From a virus (Duplodnaviria; Caudoviricetes), in IMG/VR virus record IMGVR_UViG_3300012662_000008, positions 1 through 64,000 of that record: DNA of 64,000 nt; one strand, given 5' to 3'. This document shows, one piece after another, positions 41,001 through 55,400 of the stretch. Every line of letters starts with the position of its first letter. Position 1 is the stretch's first letter. Made by a program: the position numbers and the translations under genes. The notes beneath the pieces were generated by a model. It saw only the letters and a program-made list of their open reading frames with translations. It made no database searches and was not told the DNA's origin.

Positions 41001-44000
41001 GATTGCATAAGATCGGAAATTTCTTCTACCGTATGACCAGTTATCATCATTGCAGCTCAAGCATCTGCAAAATCCGTAGTTGCATTAATTTTACTTAAGA
41101 TAAGTTCCTTTGCATTATCTGTCGCACAAGAAAGTAGCTGCGAAATTCCTTCGGCTGTATCAATCCGATCCTTAACGCTATTTAAGTACTCAATTTTTTG
41201 TGAAATATTACCTGTTGCTTGGTCTAGATTTTTTAATTCCATCTCGGAAAGAGTACTAAAATAATCTAAAAGAGGCTGTAAGTTAATATTTGAAATAGTT
41301 GAAAACTCTCCAGTGTAAGGATCTGTAAAAGTAATATCATTAAAATAACTTATTGCCCTACTTATCGCGTTACGTCTAATTCCAGGATCTGCATTATCAT
41401 TTCATTCTTTAATAGCATCAACAATTTGCTCTACTCGCATATTTGCAAAAGTAGTAACTCCAAAAAACACCTTCATTCCAACGGCGGTAATACCAATAAC
41501 ATCTTTTCCAACCATGTTTTGTGTTTGCATAATAAACTTAGTCATTGGATCATCAGATGTCATCGTGCGTTCCTTCTTAGAAAGAACTGATTTTTTAGCG
41601 ATATTTTGGAATGTGCTCATTGTAATTGGCTGATGACCAAGCGGTTGTATAGATGGGTGCTTTAACAAGTTAATGATATCACTTGTAACAGAGTTTTTAA
41701 GGGCTGTTTCAGAGGTATATCTAGATGTTCTTGAAAGACTGTGCGTGTTAAGCATTCTAATAAACGCATAACGATTATTTTTGTTAACGTTTGTCTGGAA
41801 ATGCACAGCATCGTCTTTGCCTTTTAAGATCTTATTAAACGCTGAAACATCATTAAGTTCAATTGCTTTTTGTACTTCTATTTCAGATAATCCATTATCA
41901 GCATCGTCTCCAGCAATATATTTTAATCCAGTTGGCCTTCTAAGTTTCATAACTTCGTCAAATTCAGCACCATTTCTTGCCTGTTTTGCCAAACTTGAAA
42001 AAGTACGTAATTCGCCTTTGTTATTAATATCGAAACCCATAATGTACAGTTTATCAATATCGTAATCCGTAATCAACTATTTTTCAATAATTGCCTGACT
42101 ATATCTTCAGCTAAAAGCTGCCTCGCACTTCGCTATAATAGCTACTCTACTTGATTCGTTTGCGCGTCTTTCGATAGTCGATGAGCCTTCTTCCAAAAAA
42201 TGGAAGCTTGGTTGCAGATTGTCCAATATTCAATGTTTTTACCGCCCGTTAATCATTACATTAACTGCTGCACTATGCGTCTCCGCTAGTCGCGGTAATT
42301 GAATCTTTAGGAGTTTCCCGCAGTTCACGAGGTTTTGGGTTCCAATTAACGATATTTTAATTTGTACATCATATCTTTTGTTATATATTTTCTAATGTTA
42401 GAGTCGAATTCAAACCTACTTTCTGGTAAAATACACAAAAGTCATTGTTCTTTACCTGTAACGTTTTTTATTCTAGTTTTTATTTTAAAATTATTTAATA
42501 ATGTATCTTGTAATAATTCAACTTCTTCCTTACTAAAACAATTTGTTGCGAATATTCCAGCCCTACATCCATCGTCCATAAATCAGTAGGCTATACTTTG
42601 TCATGTTAACTTTTCTAACCATTCTTTTGTAATGGTTTTTATTCCGTTTTTATAAAAAACATCATAAAAATAATTATATGTTTCGTGCGCTAAAAATTTG
42701 CATACAAATTTATTATAAAATTTCTTCGTTCTTTTGTCGAATCTCGGAGTTTTCGAAACCGCACCAAGTAATTCAGAAAATTGTTTACAAACGTGATCAA
42801 AATAAAATTCATGACCACTTCCTTGCGAGATAACAAATCTAGCTTTTTTCTTTGTTTTACTTATTGACATATCTCCAAGCATCGATCCATATATTATCTC
42901 CTTTTGATCTTGACTCAAGTTAGCGCATTTTATTGGTTTTTTCCTAACACTGTTTGTGTCCAATCCAATCATTCTTGTATATTTTCTTGTAGTTGTTGGA
43001 CTTATTTTTAAACTACGAGCGATTTCTAAATTTGTAACACCAGACTCAACCATCAAACGAATTTGCTCAATTAGTTGTTTGTCTTCTTTACTTGTTATCT
43101 TTGTTTTGATTTTAAAACCAATCTTATTTGCATAATTTTTAATTGTTCTTGGGCTAACAGAAAAGATTTGAGCAATCTCATCGCACGTTTTTCCCTCTAA
43201 AATAACTGTCTTTAATTTTTCTATATCCATATTATAATTGTTTTATTATTCGCAAATATAATAAAATAACTATAATTTTCCAAACTTGGTTGTTATTTTT
43301 TATTTAGAACCCTCCAACCATTGCATGCTGGATGGAATATATACTTCATTGACATCACTTTCAGAAAAATCAACAACTCGCAACCCCATAAAAGATTGCA
43401 TGGATTGCGTTGGAATACGAGCTCCAACATATTCAAGTTGCTTTAAGAAAGCATAATAATTTTGTTTTGCAAGAGCATCGATTTCATCGCTTCTTTGCAT
43501 CCTTTCTTCGGAGTTGAGCTTTTCAATTATTTCTGGTTTTTTTAGTAATTCATCAAGCGTTGTTCCGCTGTCTATAATTTGACTCGATATAACATTTCTG
43601 TTCTTTTCCCTAAGTGTAAGTTGTGTATTAAGTTTTCCTTCATCTGAGATATATTTCGCATATTTATGCCTAAAATTATCAAGGAGATTGTTTGTATTAA
43701 AATTATATTCAACACGTGAATATATATCAGATTTTAACAGCTCATCTACTTCAGAAAGATCGTCTATTACTACAAGATGATTTGTAGCTGATGTTCCTGG
43801 TTTTGAATAAAATTGTTTGAAACCACTAACACAGATAGGTTTGTCTTTATAATATATTGTATCATCAATATTTTCAAAAGTCGAATTATCTTGCGCTCAA
43901 CCAGGTAATGAAACTAATTTTCTTTCTCCAGTAATTGGGTCTGCTTCAAGGTGGTTCTTTTTAACAACAACATATAAGCTTTCCCCATTTGCACCTTTTA

Positions 44001-47000
44001 AGACACAATCGTATAAGTTTTTATCAACCGTACCGTCAAGTACTGCGTCACGAGATCGAATCTTATTTTTGAAAAAGTCTTCTTTTTGTTCAAGAACATC
44101 ACAAACATGCTCCCCCTCGGAAAGTCCAAACTGTTTTCCGTTAACACGACCCATAATAATTTCAGCAAAACGAACATCGACATTATAAGCGATATGATCC
44201 CGTTCTTTCAATCAAGTGTTATATTGTAATATAATATCTGGATCGAGAACTTGTCCAATACTTCTTAATTTTTCAAAAAACCTAACCTTATCAGGAATGT
44301 ATTCCTGTATATTTGCAAAAAGTTTTTCTTTGTTTCCAGTAATAAGAAACCTATTTCAGATTTCTGCTGATAATGTATTTAAGTCAGTATCTGGCGAAAA
44401 TTTATCTGCAAACACATCTCCAAAAGCACTAGATGCTGAAACTCGTTGCGTTTTATCAAGGCTTTGCATTTCCTGCCTAACAGCCCAGGAAAGATGCTTT
44501 TTAATTTCGTTAACTGTGGCTGCATCTACTATTCCAGAAATAGCACCGTTTTTTCAAAATCTAGCACGCAATTCTTTTGGAATTGACCAATATATAAAAT
44601 CAAGCTTATTTTGATCTACTATATTTAAGTTGATTGTCCCATCCTTTGCCTGCAATTGTCTAACATAATGAGCTGCACGACAATAGTCCGTATCATATAT
44701 GCTATGTGTTCTTCCATTTACAGTAAAAGTAGTATCGGAGGCCCTAAGATCAACCGGCCTACAACTCCATTTGAAAACTTTAAGTCCGTTGCTCCAATGT
44801 TTAACTCTGTCTCAATCATCCCAGTTATCGCAAACAACCATTTTAGGAGTTGTGCTACCAGGCTCAATAATAAGAACTGTATCACCCATACCAACATTTT
44901 GCGGATCAACTTCCTTTATAAAAGGATGTATGTGCGAATCGCCTAATATAAAAGCATTTTGTACTGGATCAAATCTTCCGTAGTTTCTTATATACTCTCT
45001 TGCAGAATAATTACATTTTGGATTGTTATAAACTTCTCTAGCAAACTTCTCGTAAGTCATTTGCTTTCCGTTATAATTGAAATATTGTATCATTCCACGG
45101 GACGGAACTTGTACTGCCGCAATTCCGGAGTACTTTCTTCGTAATCCTTTCTTATTAATTCCAGAGTTAACTTCTGCCACAAAAGCGCCAATCATCGTCG
45201 GATCGCTAAAAGGAATATTGATATCTGCGCTTGGGTCAGATTTTAAAATTTTTGCAGCTTTTTCCAGATAAGATTGAGCAAGACCCATAGTGTCTTTATT
45301 TCCGCGAGAGAAGCTTTCTATAAGCTCTTTTCCAAGTATCGTATGTAGCGTTCTAAAATCACCGCTATTAACAAGATTGTGTTTCTTTTTAAGAGCTTCT
45401 ATAACAACTTCGCCTATTTCAGAATATATATTATCTACCTCCTCTGTAAAATAACCTCCCTGTATAAGAGATGAGATCATCTGTGACATTTCTGTCACAG
45501 TCGTGTCGTCTCCCAGTGTGTGATCTGCATCCATCTGTACCCCACCAAACAAAAGCGACATTTTTGTTGTAACAAGATCATTACTATCGGTCCAAGACTC
45601 TTTTGGATTCAAGTTTCTTGTTCCAACCTTAATCGCAGATTTATTTACCAGATAACCAGTAAACTTGTCTTTCATACTTTCGTGGCAAACAAGATTTGCA
45701 AGAATCCTGTTGTTGACATTACTATATGCAAGTGTAAAAGATTTTTCATCCATTTGCATTGCATAAGCTCCACCAAAAATTTGGTCAATATCGTATAGAG
45801 ATGTTACATGAACCGTTCTTTTGGTAGTACCCCCAATAACAACGCCCATTTTATTAACTTCGGTCTCAGTTATAGTAACTTCGTTACCATTATTTGTAAC
45901 TGAATCAATTCTAAAATATTTTCCAGAGTTTTCCCCCTTTCTATATATATAATGTTTCTCAGTTAAAATTCTATCTCCATCCATCGATAAGGAGCCATCG
46001 GTACTGTAATATTTCTTGAAGTTAATTTTTGAACAATCAATTGTTTTATTATGCATCTTTCTAAACATTTCCTCAAGGGAAATTACGCTACCCATGGACT
46101 TTCGCCTACGATCGTTTGTTATTGCAAACACAGCTCACTTAAGAAGAGTGGGCATTCCGGTTCTAGGATCAACATCTCCAAAAATTGTCTTTTTATCATA
46201 TCCAACCTTTGCGTCAAAAAGGGACATATTTTCAAGCATTGCCTGAATAGGAGATGAAAATCCAGCACCATCCATTGAATCCATTTTGTCTGTAACGCCC
46301 ATCATATTAAAAAGTTGCACAGGCATATCCTGCATAGCGGCAAACTCAATATTTGACGCCGTACCATATTTTGTTGGCATGAACAAGTGAGTTGTTGCAC
46401 CAGCGATAACTGTTCTCTTATATGACGCAAGCAAACGAGATGCTTCACTATGGTCATAATATTCCTCATTTCACTTTCCAGTAGTTGGGCTAAAAACATC
46501 TGTTTCTTCCGCGTTATATTTATTTGGGTGAAAAAATGTATTTCCAAAAATAACATCGTTAAAAGAATTTGACAGAAGTATATCAGAATAATAAAAAGCT
46601 TTTAAAAGCGGATTTAATTTTCCGTCTTTTTCTAGGAGCATCGTTTCTGACTTTTGATCAAACCAATCGGATCCAATTTTATTATATATGCTTGTGTATA
46701 GCTCTGGATCGTTAATTTTATTTAGGGTGAACCCAACATCCTTAAGATCCTTTAAAAACAACTGTTGTTGTTTGTTAATTCTGTTAAAAAATGCAGTTTT
46801 TGTTGTATCAATTACATAAGTATCAATTGCATGTTCGAGAGTTTCATTAAAAGCACCATTGGCACTATAATGAAATTCCTCCTGAAAATCAATGCCCGCC
46901 TTAACAAACTGATTTCTTCAATATATAAAATCCGCAGCATTCTTTTTAGGACTAAGCCCATTTTGCAACTCCTTACAAGCATCAAGCTTCGTTTTTGCAT

Positions 47001-49425
47001 CAGTACTTTTTAATCGATCTATTAGTGCCATTTCCGCTGAAGCGTCTTGCTTGTTTGCGATTTTTTCATTGGCAATATTAGCTAGAACTTTTTGCCAGTC
47101 AGAAGCAAGATTGTTAAGGAGTGTTTGGAACTTTCCTTGCCTTATATTATATATCGCGTCAAAAAACATCTTTTCTCCCTTTATTGAAGCAGTGGGGCTC
47201 AATATGGTTGAAATAGCTTTTGAAAGAGTTATTGTCTCTTTACCTACAGTATCAATAACAATGTTTTTGTTGTAGGGTATAACGAAATGTGTATTTTTAT
47301 CAGAAAAGCAACTATTTTGTAGATATATGTTTTCTTCATCTGATTTTATAAAACTTTTATAAAAATCAGACATAATGCTAATATGCGCAAGCTCTGCCTC
47401 ACTCATATCACGAGAAGCTTTTTTATTTCCATCAACATCTGCGTCAATTCTAACAATAGGTTTTCCAACAAACTTGCCCATTTGCTTAAAAACAGGATTT
47501 GACTCGAACTGGTTTTCGCCTTTATTGGTAGAGAGCCTCAGTTTAAGTCGATCCATTTGTTGAATCATGGATGTAAGAGTATATGCAGCTACGTTGTTTT
47601 TAAAACTGTTTTTAAGTGTATTTTGTATATTGGTTCCTCAGGCAATTCCTAGGAATGTAGCAATCCTATTTAATGGAGCGTAAAAATTCTGTATAATTAA
47701 CTCACTACGTAATGAATCGTCAGTTATTCCATTTTTCCACATTGCACTATCATTGGCTAAAACTCCGTTTGTATCAGCTGCCTGTAACACGATTCCAATT
47801 GCCGGTACAAACTGTCTAAAAAGACTTGTGTGTATTGCCGAATCACCAGATTGTTGTTTCAAGACAGAATCGTAATTATCAGGAATTCTTGTTCCAAGAA
47901 TGTCCTCAATAAGCATTTTTCCAACACGATTACTTATATTTCCTGTTTTTAGCACAAATGAACGACCTGTTTTGGATCCATCTGCTTTTATATCCATTTC
48001 AATAACAATGTGCTCAGTATATTTATTTGGACCAAACTCAATCTTATTGTCATCAATTGTTATATTATATTTTTCTTTTAATGCTGCAAACTGTTCGGGG
48101 CTCTTGAATCTGTAATTATCAATTGCTGTGTTAATATCATCATATATACTATATAACGCAGCTGTTTGATAATTGTCTTGTATCAACTTATTCGTAACTG
48201 TTCCGTCTCGTTTAACTGTAACAAACCCTTTATTTTGTTCTGTCTTAAACATTAGGTTTAGTAACGCAGATTTTATTTCATTATCAACGTTGGAGTGTAA
48301 CAAGTTTTTAATTCCAAGAACTGTTGTTATATTAACACCTTGTACATCTCTACGAGTAACTGCATTAACAAACTTATCAATTATCGTATATAATGCCCGA
48401 TCAGCTCTTTTATAATCTGCGTCTGTATTTAGGTCAATTCTATAAAAATCTTTTAAAAACCGAACAAACTCCGAACTAGCATTAACTCCAGATAACCCAA
48501 TTGTTGCTGGAGTAACATGTGCAGGTATCCAATTTTTAAAAGTAGTCATAACTTGATTGTACTCTTTAAGAGATATTCCGGACCCATCAATTGGCAAGCC
48601 ATTTGTTTGAACTTTAGGAAAAATTTCTAGTATGGACGTAAGCATCTTTCCTACTTGACTTTCCATATCTACCTCTTCCTTGGTAGTCCACGTTTTAAAA
48701 GTTTCTGAAGTTGGACCAACATAAACGTATTTGTCACGTCCCTCCGTAAGGTTGGTATATTTATCTTTAGTCCTAATAAAAGGGGCCTCTCTTTTAAGTA
48801 GAGTGTCAAAATTTTTAAGAACTGTATATGCATCTCTGGCGTCTTTATATGCGTTTGTAGTTATGTCTCCATTATAATTTCCGAACTCCATTAATGCTAT
48901 ATTAACGGTGTTAACAAATTGCTCTGGAGATTCAAATGTACAGGTAGCTCCAGGATTAACCAGATTTAATATTTTATTAACTAGCTGAGTTTTATAATCA
49001 TAAACTCGCTCATTAATTGTATCGACAAATATCGGATTGCTTGGTGCTAATGAAAGATCTATAGATCTATTAGTTATTGGATTAAAAACGGTAGCGGTTA
49101 AAAGACTTCTCCGAAAATCCTCAATCATTTTATCCATTGCTAATTTGTCGCCACCATAATCTATATCTACATTATCAGAACTCTGTAAAAAGTGATCCAT
49201 AACTTTTTGTGGATCAGCTGTTTTTCCAGTTTTCAAAATATTAAAATTGGAGAGGGAAATATTTTCCCCCTCCTCTTCTAATACTCTTATTATTTCATCT
49301 GCATTTTCATATTTTTCACGAATTAGTTCTTCATAATTCTTACGATATTTGAACCATCTCTTAACTTCGGCGAAAGTGCCCTCGTTGTTTAAAATCTTTT
49401 TACTTGTACAAATTGGTGCATTCAT
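38030..49425 (-). CDS. Virion-associated DNA-dependent RNA polymerase (~3385 aa) with C-terminal zincin-like domain, spliced (exon 1 49425-43306, exon 2 42067-38030)
   Basis: Within each exon all track fragments are co-framed, and the internal fragment ends are TGA. Motifs DSMDGAGF, KSAIKVG, GARIPTQSMQSF, spliced catalytic GS|DYDIDK, ATDNAKEL, C-terminal HEILH. Confidence 0.9.
42346..43230 (-). CDS. Intron-encoded LAGLIDADG homing endonuclease with N-terminal HTH repeats (294 aa)
   Basis: Two HTH-like units (EIAQIFSVSPRTIK, EIARSLKISPTTTR), IYGSMLGD, AY(W)FMDDG. Three TGA read through to TAA 42346-42348. Confidence 0.88.
43253..43284 (-). promoter_or_regulatory. Bacteroidota-type promoter inside the intron driving the endonuclease
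   Basis: Minus strand TTTG(43284-43281)-N20-TATATTTG(43260-43253), perfect consensus. Confidence 0.75.
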
Positions 49426-49427
49426 AA

Positions 49428-52400
49428 TTAATTACAAATTTTCTTAAAATCGTTACTTGAAAATGCGTCTGAAAGATTATCAGCTATATTAAAAAGTACC
49501 GATGCTGCATCTTCGTCAGTAACTTTATCCTCTATTGTGGCATATAATACATCTAGTTGCTGTGTATAATTTTCAAAATTCATATTTTGAATGATGCCAG
49601 CAACATCAGAAATTATAAAAGGATCTATTGAAGAACCCAATGACTTAACCATATCGATAGTTGTGTCAATCTTAACCGGGCGAACTTCGCCGTCATTAAC
49701 TTTGAAGAAATATTGATCACTACCTATATATACTTCAATTGACTCAATAACATTTGACTCGTTCTTATTAACCTTAACACTTGTTACATCTTTTATTGGA
49801 ATCCCATACTGTTCAATCTTTTTAAGTAGTACCTGAGGCAAACTATCTATATTATTTTGGGTTTTTTGTGCTGTTGTCAAGTCGTCAGATATTCTAACTG
49901 GAATCCCGGCTGTTTCGAGCATCTCATTAATTGCGGCTGCCGCTTGTTCGTCTCCTTCTGCATACGCATCTTTTATAATTTCATTAAAACTCAATCTACT
50001 TTCAACATCATAACCCAATGTTCTATTCAACAAAATTACTAAATTTTTCTGAAAATTCAAATAGTTATCTAGACGTTCTTTTCTTGGATCAGTTACCGTT
50101 TCTGGAGCAGACTCTGAGTTTTCAAACAAAGTATTCAAATCGCCGTTTTCAATAATAGTATCAGTAGTATTAAATTCATATATAGGTGGCAACATATCAA
50201 CCACGTCTGAAATTCTATTTTCGGTAGTTTCAAAAGAAGCATCTATATTTTTTCAACAAGTTTTTGGTTTCTCCGAATCTGATATAAACTGACCAACATC
50301 GTTAAGTGTGATCCCATGTTTGAAATAAGAATTTTTCCTAAAAGTATTTTCAAAATCAGCAAAACTTTCAATCGGAATCCCACGTAACATATTATATATA
50401 TTATCGTAGTCCGTTGGAACGAAATATCTAACCTCGACTGTATCGCCCTTTTGTATGGTTTGCTCTGTAGTTAATTCAAACAAAATCTTGGAGTTCTTTA
50501 TATTGTTCCCATTAAACTCTACAGTAACTCCTCCATTTTCAGGGCTATTGTTAATTGCACGAACTATGTCTGAAAGTCTAGTTGTAAGTGTTTTCCCCTT
50601 TTCATATCCGACTCCAGTAACAGATGCTATTGGTTTCTCTTTATAAAATTGTCCAGAGTTTGTTGCTTGTCTATATATTTCATATTTTGATTCAGATGAG
50701 TTATATTGAACAAGATATGTCCTTTTGTTCGATCCGCCACGTCCGCTTGCCATTGTAATCTTTAATCCTGATCGTATTCCAGCTTGCGTACCAGTTTGTG
50801 CAATGGATTTTGTTTGAATCAAACGTAAAACGTTTGTTTCAAAAAGATATTTCATTTTTTTATCTGGATCAAAAGAGTCATCATTAAAAGTCAGATAAAA
50901 GGCATTTAACAAGTGTTTTGCAGACCCATTAGGTAAGAGTCTATATACACCTCGCAATTTTTTGAAATTTTCTGCCTGAATTTTTATTTGTTCAGCTTCA
51001 TCAGCAGATCCTGTTTTATTTAGATTGAATCCACCAATAAACTGCCGCAAGTACATTTCTGCTGCGTCTTTTGAATTTCCAGCGAATTTGCTTTTTTGTG
51101 TTTCTGAAAGATCTTTATATTCAATTGACCCAAGAACGAATCGTTCAATACAAACTATGTTATACAAGTCAGCAAGAGATGCTATTCGTTTTGTTCTAAC
51201 GAGAGAAACTGGAGCTTTTGGAGAAAGAGTTCTCAACGGAGATAATGCAAGGAAACTATTTGTTCCATGTTTTGCATTCTCTTCCTTTTGTTTTGCATAT
51301 TCGGACGTACTGTCATTGAGTTTTTTAACTTCATCAGTATATGTTTTCCAATCAATCTCTTCTTTATCCAATTGATTTTGTAATTCATTAAGTCTTTTAT
51401 AATATTGGACCTCTTCTATTGTGAAGGCAGGCATTTGGTCGATCTCTGTCGATGTGTATGCCAAATTTGTACCAGATCGGTCCTTTCTATAATAAAAGAC
51501 AGACTCAAGATCCTCATCAGTTAAAATATCAATCGGCGATCAAACAGTATAACTAAGACCTTCGTTATTCTTCCTGAAAGTTCTTTGTTTGTATGTTGAG
51601 TATACAGAACTTTCGTCAAGAGTTCCAATATCGGCATCTTCTTTTGCAGGAGCAAAAACTTTTGTTCCAGAATAAGTTGTTCCATAATTAAAAGACGAAA
51701 TAGAAAACTCTCCAGAACCATCTTTACTTCCTTTTAAAAATTCAACAGCTTTTACTAGTTTGAACAATTGTTTTCCACGAGGCACTGTTACAATTCCTTC
51801 TACTCGTTGATTTACTTCTGAAATTGGGATTAATTTTTGTTTACCGTTAACAAGAACTGGAAAATATATAATTGATTTCGGTGTTTTTGAATTTTTAATA
51901 GGAACTGCCCAGAACTTACGTTCTCCATCAGCAACATTGTTCCATTGTGCGCAAACACTTTCAGCAATATCTTGGTCGACACTAGTATAGCGAATCAATT
52001 TATCTACATGCCTCTCTTCAAAAGCCATGTTTGCCATTACCCCAGACGAGAATAATCTAACAAAAGTTCTGTATCGGTCAATTTTATCATATTCCTCGGA
52101 TCCAGTCATATCATCGATCATATTCATGCCCGACGATTTGTCTTGTAACCAAGTTTCAGATTTTGGATTATACATATCATCCATAAACTCCTTTCGATCA
52201 TATATAGTATCTCCAGGTTTTATAACAGAATCTGATACGAGTTTTTGTTGCCTTTTACTGTTGTCAATCTTAACTTTTTCCTGTTCTTTTTTTGTTTCCT
52301 TTAGAATAGATGTGTCATCTAAAACTTTTGTATCAAGACTGACTTCGGGTATTCCGTCGTCAAACTCAGAAACCCCCATTGGTTTTACCGGCGTTCCTCC

Positions 52401-55400
52401 TAAACTAGAACCACTTCCTGAACTAGACCCGCTTTCAGAGCCTCCCGTTGATCCTGCGCTAGAACCACTAGACGAACTACTGGTTGGTGTCGTGGGCGTT
52501 TCTGGTTTTGAACTCTTTATAAGAGAATCAACTATATTTCTCCATTCAATAATTCTATCTTTTGATGCGGTAATTGCAGTTGGTTCAGACGCAACAGAAT
52601 GATCCCTCTGTGATGCTTTTATATTTAATTCAGATAGAGAATTGTCTGATTTAATCACAAATCCCTGCTTTGCACGACTAACCATCGTGTTGAGGTCTTT
52701 TAACTTATCATATAATGTTGCATCATCTTTATCGAACGATTTGTCTATAATAACGTAATCAAACTCTCCACCCTGTACTTTATTCGCATCTATAATGGTA
52801 AGATTCGCATATTTACCCGAGTAATCACTATAGTTATTTGGATTGTCAGTGATAATGGCTACAGTTTCACTATCCTTTGCCAATTTAACAAACTCGTCAA
52901 CATAGTGTTTTGTTTCTGAAACAATTTTTCCACCAACAAACTCGGAGCCAGGATCCTCATAATAGTCAAAATTGATTGAAACATACCCAATCTTTTTTGA
53001 TATCTCATCGTAAGTTAATTCTGGTTCATTCTGGAAAATATCATAACCCCTGTTAACAAGGTTCTCAACAGCAGCTATATTTGTCTGCATTGCAGCATTT
53101 TCGCAACGAATGGATGATGTTAATTCTGGTGTAGTTGTAATGAAACAATCCTCAATTCCACTAACCGCACTTTTATTGTCGTTAAAAACAATTTTTCCAT
53201 TTTGTTTTTTATCTCCAGAGCATATAATAATAGCATTTTCGGCCTTGGCAATTGCAGATAATATCTGCATATCTCCTTCAGACGCAAAAGTAACCTCGTC
53301 AATGATAATCAATTTGTTTTTTGATTTTTTATCAAAAATTGGCTTTGCTGGTTTGGTTAATTTTATTTCGGCATCGTTATATAATAACGCATGCGAAGTT
53401 TCCTCCCCACTCATTGGTTTTGGTTTTGTAGCACAGTTTTGGTTAATAAAATCATCCAACAAAAATGCCTTTTCTGGTTTTGTGCCAGTTTTATTTTGAA
53501 GATTATCAAGTTGTGTTTTATGAGGGGCAATAATAACTGTATCTAAGTCAGCATGTTTGTTTTGCAACAATTTTTGTACAAAAACATCAACGCAACTGGT
53601 CTTTCCCGTTCCCGGACCGCCTTGAACGAATATTGCGTTTTCAATTAATGCCTTATTTTTTAAGTAGATATCAGCTGTTGATCCATCGGCGTTGATATCC
53701 TTTTTAATTTTCCCGAGTATTGCATTAAAAATATCTGGATTTTCAAAATATGCGCCACTAGTTAAAATCACCCAATCTTGATTGAAAAGTGGCAATATAT
53801 CGCTGTTTTCCTCGTGGATTTTTTTAAGACTCAGGTAATCTTCTTTTAAGTTTGTTGCAGCACAACTAGCCAAGAAATAAACAGATGCTAGATTCGTTGA
53901 AGCATATTCCGGATCATCTGTGAATTTACCAGAGTTCAATTTATATGCGTTTTCATCAATTAACTCAGATATAACCTTGTTAAGTTTTTCTTTATCAACT
54001 TTTCTAAGCTCTTCCCCAACTTTTTCTGCAAAATCAAAAAACGCTTTTGTGTATTCTGCAATATTCTCATTTGTTATCTCAGAGAAATCTTTGTCTGCAA
54101 CTAAGTTTTGTCATATACCGAGTATGTCAACTTCTGGCAGAGCATCCTTTAATTTAGATGCAATCGATGGCTTGCCAGTAGTTAATTCAGAGAATAAGCC
54201 CTTAATTAAGCTTGATTTAAAATTCTTTTCAGATTCAAAATGAAATCTAGCTTGCTGAGCTTTATTTGTATCAGAAATAGATATAAGAGCATTTGCTTTT
54301 GAAAGTATATAAGATATATCTGAAATTAAAAAATTTCTAGTATTTTCGTTAATTCCAGAGATAAGTTTCTCCTTGCCGGCATTTTTCCTATATATATTTA
54401 ACAACTCAGAATAACCATTTGTGAGAGGCGAAATAAGGGTTGTTATCATCTCAATAACATCTGGAATCTTTCTCAATGCAGTATCAATTGCCGGATTATT
54501 AATTATATATTTTGTAACATCGTTGAAACCAACAAGAGAGTTTTCCTGCTCTTTTAAAAGCTTGATAACACTAACAACATCGTCTCCAACATTTAATTCA
54601 AAATCCCTAATAAGATCAACAACGTCCATCGAGATCACCTCTTTTTTTAATTTAGAGATTTTATTTAATCGGGTTGTAATATCAAAATCGATGCCCAATA
54701 ACGTTTTAAGAGCGTCTTTAAAAGACGCCTCTGATTCGAACTGTTCACTCGCATTTCTGAAATCTTCCATAGTAAACTGCCCAGAACTAAGTTTTTGCAA
54801 CAATGTGTATAATGTATCCCGTTTTTTTGGAGAATCTTCAATTCCAGTTTCTCCGAGCATATTTTGATATTCAGCATCAAAAACATTCGCAGTTTTTATA
54901 TGTGGACGAACTAAGTCAAACAACACTGTATTTAAAATATTGTCATTATCTGAAACCATTTTTTGATCTCGAAGAGTTTTGTAATAATTTTCAATAAGAC
55001 CAAACTTATCAGAAAAGAACTTTTTTCTGCGAGAAACCGCTTCGTTGATAACCCTCTTATTGTTTGCGCCGTCGTTATTTATTTCAAAACCGTCGCCAAG
55101 TACTGTTTTAACACGAGCATTAATATCACTAGTATCTTCCCCTTTAGAAAAATAATCTAAACTATTATATAATTCTTCTATAAGATCATCATAATCAGAT
55201 ATTTGATCATTTAGTGCAACAATTTTATCCAAAAATGTTTCCGTTCCAGTTTCAGTTATCGATTCAGATAATGAATCTCTATTAAGAGAAAATCTTTTAT
55301 CAAACTCGGAAATACGTCCGGACACTGTGTTAAGATCATCTTGCATAACTTTTATTTCATTAGTTATTGCAGTAAGATTTGTGTCGCCTTTAACAATTGA

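Larger units (their letters stand above)
42068..43305 (-). mobile_element. Group I intron (1238 nt) in the RNAP catalytic motif, endonuclease ORF in the P1 loop
   Basis: Exon end GGGTTCT pairs with GGAACCC (42343-42337; U.G at the splice site). P10 TATCGTTAATT pairs with exon GATTACGATA. P3 CCTCGT/GCGAGG, P7 GACTA/AAGATATAGTCA, terminal G at 42068. Confidence 0.92.
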
